Assembly: GCA_021793215.1 (NCBI GenBank)
Contig: JAJYTE010000009.1
Location: forward strand, 4,664-68,663
DNA: 64,000 nt
Direction of reading: 5' to 3'
Source: Bacillota bacterium
GTDB taxonomy: Bacteria > Bacillota > Sulfobacillia > JAJZYS01 > JAJYTV01
In this document: in pieces, positions 56,608 through 64,000 of the stretch
Numbering within the stretch: position 1 is the first letter of the stretch
How the letters are laid out: each line of letters begins with the position of its first letter
Program-made: the position numbers and the translations under genes
The notes under the pieces: model-generated
Seen by the model: only the letters and a program-made list of their open reading frames with translations
Told to the model about the DNA's origin: nothing
Database searches by the model: none

Positions 56608-57477
56608 ATGCCCGAAGCGCTACAGCAGTTGACGTGGGTGCAGTGGGTCGAGCCGGACGTGCTGATCTCGCTGTTGCCGTTCGCCGCCGCCTACCTTTGG
56701 GTGGTCGGCCCCCAGGGCCGCAAGCACTTCCGCGGCAGCGCCCCGGTGCCCGCTGGACAACTGGTCGCGTTCCTCATCGGCCTCGCCTTCATCTACGTTG
56801 GCTTCGGTGGTCCGCTCGACGTGCTCGCCGACGGCTACCTCTTCACGGCGCACATGACGCAGCATGCGCTGCTCACGATGGTCTCGGCACCGCTGCTGTT
56901 GATCGGCACGCCGGCGTGGCTCGTGGAGCCTCTGCTCGACTGGCGCCCGACCCGCGGGATCGTGACGTTCCTGACCCGCCCGCTCATCGGGTCCGCCTTC
57001 TTCGCGATCATGCTCTGCCTCTCGATCTGGCCGCCGTTCTACGACCTCACGGAGTTGAGTCCGCCGGCGCACTTCCTGGAGCACGCCTTCTATCTGATCG
57101 CAGCGCTCGCGCTCTGGTGGCCGGTATGGAGCCAGACGGAGCGCCTGCCGCGGCTGCAGCCGATCAAGCGCATGCTCTACCTCTTCCTGAACACCCTGCC
57201 GATGATCACGCCGCTCCTGCTCGTGATCTTCCAGACCCACCCGATCTACCCGTACTACGACCATACGCCGCGCCTTTTTGGACTGACGCAGCTCGGTGAC
57301 CAGCAGCTCGGCGCGAACGTGATGGCAGTGATCATGCACATCTCGCTGATCGGCTCGTTCGCCGTGACGTTCATCCAGTGGGCGCGCTCCGAGCGCGCCC
57401 TGGAACCCCACCCGCGCCCGCAGCTCCGCGTCGTGCCTCCCCTGCATCCGGACGCGGGCGGCGCGCGCAGATCCTGA
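56608..57477 (+). CDS. ctaG: caa3 oxidase assembly factor CtaG
   Basis: YLFTAHMTQH..APLLLIGTP, HFLEH, DQQLGA. Confidence 0.9.
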   Translation: MPEALQQLTWVQWVEPDVLISLLPFAAAYLWVVGPQGRKHFRGSAPVPAGQLVAFLIGLAFIYVGFGGPLDVLADGYLFTAHMTQHALLTMVSAPLLLIGTPAWLVEPLLDWRPTRGIVTFLTRPLIGSAFFAIMLCLSIWPPFYDLTELSPPAHFLEHAFYLIAALALWWPVWSQTERLPRLQPIKRMLYLFLNTLPMITPLLLVIFQTHPIYPYYDHTPRLFGLTQLGDQQLGANVMAVIMHISLIGSFAVTFIQWARSERALEPHPRPQLRVVPPLHPDAGGARRS

Positions 57478-57497
57478 TCCAAGGGGAGGGGCGAGGC

Positions 57498-58637
57498 ATG
57501 TCGCATCGCGCACGGCGGGGCCGATCGCCGCTGCACCTCGCAGTGGTCGCGCTGTGCGCCGTGGTCCTACTCGCCGGATGCGGTGCGGCCGCGTCGCCGT
57601 CTCCTCCTCCGTCCGCGAGCCGGCCGAACCCAGGCAACCTGCTGATGGGGCGAAGCAGCCTCGGGATGACCACGGCGCCAAACTTCACCCTGACGAACCA
57701 GTTCGACCAGAGCGTCTCGCTCTCGGACTTCCACGGCAAAGTCGTGCTGCTCGCCTTCACCGACAGCCAGTGCACGACGATCTGCCCGCTCACGACGGCC
57801 AACATGGTCTCCGCGGTGCACATGCTCGGGAAGGCGGGGCAGGACGTTCAGATCGTCAACATCGACGCGAACCCGCAGGCGATCAGCGTAAAGGACGTCT
57901 ACGACTACGCCTCCGCGCACGGCATCCTGCACACCTCCGACTTCCTGACCGGCAGCCTCTCGCAGCTCAAGCACGTCTGGAAGCTCTACCACATCGACGT
58001 CCAGATCGTCCAGGGCAACATCGACCACACACCTGCGCTCTTCCTGATCGACCAGCAGGGGCGTGAGCGCTACCTCTACCTCACGAACGCGCGCTACGGC
58101 GTCCTTGGGCAGGAGTCCCGCATCCTCGCCTATGACATCGCGCACGTTCTGCCGAAGGGCACGGCGAAGGCGCCTCGGCTGCCGCGAAGCACCGCGGACC
58201 CGCGCCAATCGCCCGCCGCGTCGGTCACGCTGCCCGCGCTCACGCCTGGAACGCAGCCGACGACGCTTGCGAAGGGCAAGCCAAGGGTCGTCGTCCTGTT
58301 CGCCTCGTGGGTGCCGGACGCGGTCACGCAGCTACGGTCCCTCGAGGCGTACGCGACCTGGGCGCGCCAGCACGGCGGGCCTGAGCTTGTGGTGATCGAC
58401 GAACTGCAGACCGAACCGTCGCTCGCCACCGCACGTTCTCGGCTCCACGGGCTCGGCGTGTCGTTCCCGGTGCTACTCGACAGGACAGGAACTGTCGCCG
58501 ACGCCTACCGCGCCCAGGACATGCCGTGGTTCTCCCTCGTCTCCGCGAAGGGGAAGATCATCGACAGCCACGACGGGTGGGTGAGCGGGTCGCAGCTGAT
58601 CTCGCGCGTGGAGAAGGATTACGCGATTCAACCGTGA
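57498..58637 (+). CDS. SCO lipoprotein fused to a TlpA-like domain lacking CxxC
   Basis: LLAGC lipobox; CTTICP (CxxxC); IDHTPALFLID; second domain LFASWVPDA. Confidence 0.85.
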   Translation: MSHRARRGRSPLHLAVVALCAVVLLAGCGAAASPSPPPSASRPNPGNLLMGRSSLGMTTAPNFTLTNQFDQSVSLSDFHGKVVLLAFTDSQCTTICPLTTANMVSAVHMLGKAGQDVQIVNIDANPQAISVKDVYDYASAHGILHTSDFLTGSLSQLKHVWKLYHIDVQIVQGNIDHTPALFLIDQQGRERYLYLTNARYGVLGQESRILAYDIAHVLPKGTAKAPRLPRSTADPRQSPAASVTLPALTPGTQPTTLAKGKPRVVVLFASWVPDAVTQLRSLEAYATWARQHGGPELVVIDELQTEPSLATARSRLHGLGVSFPVLLDRTGTVADAYRAQDMPWFSLVSAKGKIIDSHDGWVSGSQLISRVEKDYAIQP

Positions 58638-58665
58638 TCGGCGCCAAGGCAAGATGAGATACAAA

Positions 58666-58693
58666 GGAGGGCGCCGGTTTCCCGGCGCCCTCC
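58666..58693. terminator. Bidirectional hairpin terminator
   Basis: GGAGGGCGCCGG/TTTC/CCGGCGCCCTCC between convergent genes. Confidence 0.7.
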
Positions 58694-58709
58694 TCGTCGA
58701 CTGTCGATG

Positions 58710-59153
58710 CTACTGGCTTGCCTCCCCGGATTCCTGCGGCAGGCAACGTTCCGGCAGGAGCTGACGGCCGTCGAAGCCTTCAAGCGGCGTGTGGTAGTGG
58801 CGGAGGGCGTCTTCACCCAGCTTCCAGCAGAGCAGGATGTCCTGGTCGTCGACCTTGCCCGGGAAATCCACGAGCCCGAGTTCGACGCTCTTCAGCTGGC
58901 AGCCGGTGCGGTTTATGTCTGCGATGCGCGCGTTCGCCTCGGCCACGGAGCGGTCGAACGACTCGCGAGTGTCCTGGAAGTCGCGCTGGAGGATGAGCTT
59001 GCCGTCCGGCTTGTAGCCGACCGCCTTGATCTGCTCCATCTCTTCGAAGTGGGACTGGGCCTGGCGCTGGAGCTCCTGAAGTCGGCGGAGGTGGCCTTCG
59101 AGGAACGGAACGAGAGCGTTCGCCTCGGACACCGTGAACAGCCGGTTGGCCAT
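58710..59153 (-). CDS. DUF2203 protein
   Basis: FTVSEANAL..GCQLKSVELGLVDFP..LLCWKLGE..YH..GFDGRQ. Confidence 0.88.
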   Translation of the reverse strand: MANRLFTVSEANALVPFLEGHLRRLQELQRQAQSHFEEMEQIKAVGYKPDGKLILQRDFQDTRESFDRSVAEANARIADINRTGCQLKSVELGLVDFPGKVDDQDILLCWKLGEDALRHYHTPLEGFDGRQLLPERCLPQESGEASQ

Positions 59154-59394
59154 TGCGGAGCACCTCCCACTGCGCGCTCTGGAACTTCAGGCAGGAGCGC
59201 CCCAAAGTTCCTTGCCGTGCATTTTACTAAACGCACCGCGCGTTCGTACAGGAGATTTCTCTGGAACCTGGGTCGGCACCTGCCGCACCGCTGCGAGTTT
59301 CTCTCCGAGGCGCGCGGGTCCTGCGCTTGGCCATGGGCGATGGCCCGGCGCAGGACCTCGTGCTACAATGGTCCGGAGTTCGGGAGGTGGGGAG

Positions 59395-59562
59395 TTGCGT
59401 CGCTGGCTGTTCACACTCGTCTTCTTCGCATCGATGGCATTTGGACAGGTCGCGATGGCGGCCACTGAGAATTCGCCGTACGCCAGCCCCGGAGTCATCT
59501 TCATCCTCGTCGGCGTGCTGACGGTCGCCATCTTCCTCTGGATCTACAGCTTCATCGCCTAG
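59395..59562 (+). CDS. 55-aa small protein: signal peptide + single TM
   Basis: GGGAGG RBS and TTG start; MRRWLFTLVFFASMAFGQVAMAATENSPYASPGVIFILVGVLTVAIFLWIYSFIA; TGCTACAAT extended -10 upstream; terminator downstream. Confidence 0.7.
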   Translation: MRRWLFTLVFFASMAFGQVAMAATENSPYASPGVIFILVGVLTVAIFLWIYSFIA

Positions 59563-59596
59563 CGCAGCGGGCCTCGTACGGGTTCGCTGCGCGCGT

Positions 59597-59627
59597 CGCC
59601 GTCCTCCGCAGGGGGGGCGGCGTTTCT
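59597..59627 (+). terminator. Intrinsic terminator after the small protein gene
   Basis: CGCCGTCCTCC/GCA/GGGGGGGCGGCG then TTTCT. Confidence 0.6.
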
Positions 59628-59641
59628 GCGTCCTCGGGCGC

Positions 59642-59670
59642 TTGACGCCTGCGGAGGAGGGACCTATACT
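59642..59670 (+). promoter_or_regulatory. Sigma-A promoter of the mutagenesis cassette
   Basis: TTGACG, 17 bp, TATACT. Confidence 0.85.
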
Positions 59671-59676
59671 CGATAC

Positions 59677-59690
59677 AGAACAAGTGTTCT
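59677..59690. promoter_or_regulatory. Gram-positive LexA (SOS/Cheo) box
   Basis: AGAACAAGTGTTCT = GAAC-N4-GTTC at the predicted transcription start. Confidence 0.88.
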
Positions 59691-59708
59691 AATTCGGGGG
59701 GAGAGCCC

Positions 59709-60833
59709 ATGCTGGTCTACGTCGAGGTGCTCGGCTTGCGAACGCAGGTTCTGCAGGCACGTGAGCCGGCGCTGCGCGATCGGGCGCTGGTGGTGCTCGA
59801 GGGACGGCGCGTCGCCGACCTCACGGCGCAGGCGGCGGCCGCCGGCCTGCGCAGTGGAGACGAGCTTTCGCCCGCCGCACTGCTGAGCACCGGTGCGCTT
59901 TGGCGCCGCGACCCCGGCGCCGAGGCCTGCCAGGACCTGCAGGATGCGCTGGGGGAGCGCCTCCTGCTGCACGCCCGCAGCTGGATGGACTGCGGCATCG
60001 GTGCGGCGGCGGCGGAGATCTGGCCGGGGACGAACCCTCAGGCGCTGCTTTTGGACCTGCGCGGGCTCGGTTGGTGGGCGCGCGTCGCCCTTGGACGCAG
60101 CCTGTATGAGACCCAGGCGCTGGCGCGGGGCGGAGCGCGCCGTCTCGCCGAGGGCGGGGAGATCTGCGGCGGCGAGCGCGCGGAACTGTCGCTCGGCGCG
60201 CTCGCCTGGCTGCCCGCCGCCGCGGCCCGCCGCCTGGAGCGGCTCGGGCTGACGCATGTCGGCGACCTGCAGGCGATCGGTGTCGGGACGCTCTGGGAGC
60301 AGATCGGTCCAATCGCGCAGGAACTCTCGGCCTTCGCCCGCGGTGAAGAGGCGAGTGGTTACCGGCCGATGGCGCAGGCGCCGGACCTCGGCTGGCGCAG
60401 ACGGTACGACAGCGCGCCGTGCATGACCCAGGCAGAGATCGTCCGCGCCGTTTGCGAGGGGCTCGAGGCGCTCTCCGCGCGACCGGGCGGCATCCCGGCG
60501 ATCGGGGCGGTGGAGGTCGGCATCGTGGGCGAGGACGACCGGGAGGCGCGCAGCCGGCGCGAGCTCCTGCGTCCCACGCGCCAGCGCGCCCGCCTCGAGG
60601 CGACCGCCCTCGGGCTCGCGTTGATGGCGGTGCGCGGACCGGTGCGCGAGATCTCCTTGCAGCTTAGTCCGTCGCGCGCGCAGGCGCTGCCCCAGGCCGA
60701 ACCTGGTCTCTTCTACCCGGTCCGCACCCGGCCGGTGCGGCCGCGGATTGCCGCGCCGCTGCAGTTGCCCGCGCGCGAGCGACGCCTCGCCTTCTTCGAT
60801 CCCTACCGCCGGTCGGCGGACGCACTGCGCTGA
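59709..60833 (+). CDS. Catalytically degenerate Y-family polymerase (ImuB-like)
   Basis: Y-family layout (AAAAGLRSGD, LAWLP..ARRLERLGLTHVGDL) without acidic catalytic motifs; LexA-controlled; upstream of dnaE2. Confidence 0.75.
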   Translation: MLVYVEVLGLRTQVLQAREPALRDRALVVLEGRRVADLTAQAAAAGLRSGDELSPAALLSTGALWRRDPGAEACQDLQDALGERLLLHARSWMDCGIGAAAAEIWPGTNPQALLLDLRGLGWWARVALGRSLYETQALARGGARRLAEGGEICGGERAELSLGALAWLPAAAARRLERLGLTHVGDLQAIGVGTLWEQIGPIAQELSAFARGEEASGYRPMAQAPDLGWRRRYDSAPCMTQAEIVRAVCEGLEALSARPGGIPAIGAVEVGIVGEDDREARSRRELLRPTRQRARLEATALGLALMAVRGPVREISLQLSPSRAQALPQAEPGLFYPVRTRPVRPRIAAPLQLPARERRLAFFDPYRRSADALR

Positions 60834-60846
60834 GGAGGGAACCGCG

Positions 60847-61092
60847 ATGTCGCGTCTCGTCAACCGGCCGATCCAGGTCGCGGCACGGCCGGATGGGGCA
60901 CCGATCCTCTTCCGCTACCGCGATCAGCACCGCGTCTCGCGGATCCTCGAGGTGTGGCGCGAGGCCGGGGAGTGGTGGGAGGGCAAGGGGGACCGACAGG
61001 TCTACCGCGTGGAGACGGAAGGCGGCGGCGTCTTCGAACTGCTCTTCGACCTTGGCCGCCGCGACTGGACCCTGACGCGCAACTACGACTGA
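60847..61092 (+). CDS. DUF6504-like small protein
   Basis: PIQV..GAPILFRY..RILEVWREAGEWW..YRVE..GGVFEL..W. Confidence 0.8.
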   Translation: MSRLVNRPIQVAARPDGAPILFRYRDQHRVSRILEVWREAGEWWEGKGDRQVYRVETEGGGVFELLFDLGRRDWTLTRNYD

Positions 61093-61122
61093 AACTACTT
61101 CTGCCGGGCGGGAGGCGGCGTG

Positions 61123-64000
61123 ATGGTGCACCTGCACGTGCACTCCGCCTTCTCGCTGCTCGACGGCACGGCGCGGCCGGAAGCGCTGGTAGGGCGGGCG
61201 GCCGAGCTCGGCTTCACGGCGCTGGCCCTCACCGACCGCGCAAGCGTCAGCGGCGTCGTCTCGCTGCATCGCGCCGCCGAAGGGGCCGGCATCCGGCCGA
61301 TCGCCGGGGCCGAGGTGGAGATGGAGGACGGCACGCACCTGACGCTGCTCGCGACGGGGCCGGCCGGCTACGCCGGCCTGTGCCGCGCCCTGACGGCTGC
61401 GCACTTCGGTTCGCCGCGCAGCCGCCCGCGCATGCCCCTCTCCGCGCTGCGGCGCGAGGAGGGGCTGATCGCGCTCTCCGGCTGTCGCCAGGGAGCGGCG
61501 GCGCAGGCGCTGCTCGCCCGCTCCGAGGAGCGGGCGCAGGCGGCACTTCGCACGCTGCGCGACGCCTTCCCGGACCGCTTCTACGTCGAGATCCAGCGCG
61601 GCTACCTGCCGGGGGACGCGGCGCTCGAGGCGGGCCTCCTCCAGCTTGCGCGGCGCCTCTCGATCCCCGCGGTGGCGAGCTGCGACGTGCACCACCTGAG
61701 CCGGGAGGATTTCTGGGTGCACGACCTTTTGACGTGCGTTCGCCTGGGGATCACGGTCGACCAGCTGCACCCGGAGCGCCCGCTGAACGGGGAGCGCTAC
61801 CTGCTCTCGCCGCAGGAGATGGCGGAGCGTTTTCGGGACCAGCCGGAGCTGCTGGCGGCGACGGACGAGGTCGCGGCGCGCTGCGCGCCGGCCCTCAGCT
61901 TCGGCGCCCGGCTCTACCCCGCCTTCGCGCTCGGGCCTGGGAGGACGCCGGACGGCGAACTGCACCGCCTCACCTACGAGGGGGCGCAGCGCCGCTACGG
62001 CAGGACGGACGGCGCGGTGCACCAGCGCATCGCGCACGAGCTCGAGACGATCGAGGACCTCGGGTTCGCGGACTACTTCCTGCTCGTCTGGGATGTCGTG
62101 CGCTTCGCGCAGCGCGAGGGCATCCGCTTCGCCGGCCGGGGCTCCGCGGCGGACTCCGCCGTCGCCTACTGCCTCGGCATCACGGAGGTGGACCCGATCG
62201 CGCGCCGCCTGCTGTTCGAGCGCTTTCTGAGCCGCGAGCGCGCCGAGCGGCCCGACATCGACCTCGACTTCGACCATCGCGCCCGCGACCGCGTCGCCGA
62301 GTACCTCTTCCGCACCTACGGGCAGGAGCACGTCGCCGGCGTCGCGACCTACCAGACGTTTCAGGCGCGCTCGGCCGTGCGCGACCTCGGCAAGGCGCTC
62401 GGGTTCCCCGAGGCGGAACTCAAGGAGGTGCAGGGCAGGCTGCCCTGGCTGCCGGCCGACGCGATCGCCGAGCGCTGGGACCTCTTCCCCGAGCTCCAGG
62501 CGTCGCCGATCGGGCCGCAGCGCCTTGGACTCCTGCTGCGGGCCTGCGCGGCCGTGGCCGGACTGCCGCGCCACCTCGGCACGCACCTCGGCGGCCTCGT
62601 CGTCAGCCGCGGACCGCTCAGCGACGTCGCGCCGCGCCAGCGATCGGCGAAAGGGGTCGCGATCGTACCGTTCGACAAGGTGGACGTCGAGGATCTCGGC
62701 CTCCTGAAGTTCGACCTGCTGAGCCTGCGCACGCTCGCGGCGCTCGACGAGGCGTACAAGGCGGCGCCGGAGCTGCGCGACGCCAAGGCCGACCAGGATC
62801 CTGCGGCGATCGGGATCGTCGCGCGGGGGGAGACGATGGGGCTCTTCCAACTGGAGAGCCCCGCGCAGCGCACGTTGCAGGGCAAGATGGCCGCGCGCGG
62901 ATTCGAGGACATCGTCCATGCGATCGCCATCATCCGGCCAGGGCCGATCAAGGGCAACATGGTCGGGCCCTACCTTCGGCGGCGGGCTGGCCAGGAGGAA
63001 GTGACCTACCTCGACGAACGCCTTCGCCCGATCCTCGAGAAGACGTACGGCGTCGTCCTGTTCCAGGAGCAGGTGATCGAGATCGCGACGACGATCGGCG
63101 GCCTGCCGCCGGGGGAGGCGGACCAACTGCGCCGGGTCATGACCCATGCGCGCTCGACGCGCGAGATGGCGGCGATCGGCGAGCGGTTCGTCGCGCGGGC
63201 GACGGCGGGCGGCACCGATGAGGGTGTCGCGCGCGAGATCTTCCGCATGCTGGAGGGGTATGCCAGCTACGGGTTCCCGGAGGCGCATGCGGCGGCCTTC
63301 GCCCACACGGCGCTGCGTACGGCGCAGCTCTCGGCGCGGCGGCCGGACGCGCTCTTCGCGGCGCTCCTCTCGCAGCAGCCGATGGGCTACTACCCGCCGC
63401 ACATCCTGGTCGCCGAGGCGCTGCGGCGCGGCGTACGCTTCGCGCCGCTCGACATCATGCGCTCGGACGACCTCTACCACGTCGAGGGCGACGGGAGGGT
63501 GCGGGTCGGGCTGTGCGCCGTGCGCGGGCTGGGGCAGGCCGGTCGGCAGGCGATCCTCGCGGCGCGCGGCGACGGCCCCTTCCGCTCCCTCGCGGATCTC
63601 GCGCAGCGAACCGGGCTCCGTGCGGCCGAGCTGCAGGCGCTCGTCGACGCGGGGGCACTCGACCGGCTGGACCGCAACCGGCGTCGCCTGCTGTGGCAGG
63701 CGGGCCGGCTCAGCCAGCGCGGGGAGCTCTTCGCCGCGGAGCCCCCAGACATCTCCGACTTCCCGCCCCGGCAGCGCTTCTGGCGCCAGGAGGCCGTGCT
63801 CGGCCTGCGCGGTCCCGCCCACCTGATGCGCACGCTGCGCGCCGAGATGCAGGAGAAGGGCATCGCGTCCGTCGCGCAGGTGCGGCGACTGCGCCACCGC
63901 GCGGACGTCCTGGTGGCAGGCGTGCTCTTTCGCCCGCACCGGCCGCCGACGCGCAGCGGACGGGTGATCGCCTTCTTCATGCTCGAGGACGAGACGGGGC
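61123..64000 (+). CDS. dnaE2: Error-prone DNA polymerase III alpha (DnaE2/ImuC), partial
   Basis: HLHVHSAFSLLDG, GRGSAADSAVAYCLGITEVDP, LLFERFL, PDIDLDF, HLGTHLGG, KFDLLSL, YGFPEAHA, QQPMGYYP; open to the window end. Confidence 0.93.
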   Translation, partial: MVHLHVHSAFSLLDGTARPEALVGRAAELGFTALALTDRASVSGVVSLHRAAEGAGIRPIAGAEVEMEDGTHLTLLATGPAGYAGLCRALTAAHFGSPRSRPRMPLSALRREEGLIALSGCRQGAAAQALLARSEERAQAALRTLRDAFPDRFYVEIQRGYLPGDAALEAGLLQLARRLSIPAVASCDVHHLSREDFWVHDLLTCVRLGITVDQLHPERPLNGERYLLSPQEMAERFRDQPELLAATDEVAARCAPALSFGARLYPAFALGPGRTPDGELHRLTYEGAQRRYGRTDGAVHQRIAHELETIEDLGFADYFLLVWDVVRFAQREGIRFAGRGSAADSAVAYCLGITEVDPIARRLLFERFLSRERAERPDIDLDFDHRARDRVAEYLFRTYGQEHVAGVATYQTFQARSAVRDLGKALGFPEAELKEVQGRLPWLPADAIAERWDLFPELQASPIGPQRLGLLLRACAAVAGLPRHLGTHLGGLVVSRGPLSDVAPRQRSAKGVAIVPFDKVDVEDLGLLKFDLLSLRTLAALDEAYKAAPELRDAKADQDPAAIGIVARGETMGLFQLESPAQRTLQGKMAARGFEDIVHAIAIIRPGPIKGNMVGPYLRRRAGQEEVTYLDERLRPILEKTYGVVLFQEQVIEIATTIGGLPPGEADQLRRVMTHARSTREMAAIGERFVARATAGGTDEGVAREIFRMLEGYASYGFPEAHAAAFAHTALRTAQLSARRPDALFAALLSQQPMGYYPPHILVAEALRRGVRFAPLDIMRSDDLYHVEGDGRVRVGLCAVRGLGQAGRQAILAARGDGPFRSLADLAQRTGLRAAELQALVDAGALDRLDRNRRRLLWQAGRLSQRGELFAAEPPDISDFPPRQRFWRQEAVLGLRGPAHLMRTLRAEMQEKGIASVAQVRRLRHRADVLVAGVLFRPHRPPTRSGRVIAFFMLEDETG

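Noticed and set aside
60664-63939. 1091-aa minus-strand ORF
   Set aside because: Antisense shadow of dnaE2, typical of high-GC DNA; no recognisable motifs
1-64000. CRISPR arrays, rRNA, prophage structural genes, restriction or anti-phage systems
   Set aside because: No regularly spaced repeats or recognisable signatures seen by eye

Overview
High-GC (about 70% by eye) chromosomal window, most likely from a Bacillota (Firmicutes) bacterium. This is inferred from a Gram-positive LexA box, a c-di-AMP riboswitch, ctaG/DUF420/ytpB and a bmrCD-like pair. From left to right it holds: the edge of a lower-GC island next to tRNA-Arg(CCG), with an IS50/Tn5-like element interrupting a secreted-protein gene; a c-di-AMP riboswitch leading DUF2294 and kdp(Z)FABC plus a short kdpD; nth; a BmrC/D-like ABC exporter; a polyphosphate cluster (two thymidylate-kinase-like genes, a stand-alone HD protein, Ppx, PPK2); a caa3 cytochrome oxidase operon with heme A/O synthesis genes; iadA; pspA-pspAA; two HD-GYP paralogues; a surface-glycosylation cluster built around UDP-sulfoquinovose synthase with no sulfolipid synthase; htpX-pspAB; an inactive/active carbon-nitrogen hydrolase pair; tetraprenyl-beta-curcumene synthase; ctaG-sco; and a LexA-controlled ImuB-like/DUF6504/dnaE2 cassette that runs off the right edge. 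The strongest candidates for undescribed biology are the sqdB + GT2 + flippase + GT-C cluster (possible lipid-linked sulfoquinovosylation of a bacterial surface polymer) and a bacterial PPK3-like heteromeric polyphosphate kinase pair. All family calls come from motif recognition by eye; no searches were run. Start codons were adjusted by eye using RBS position.
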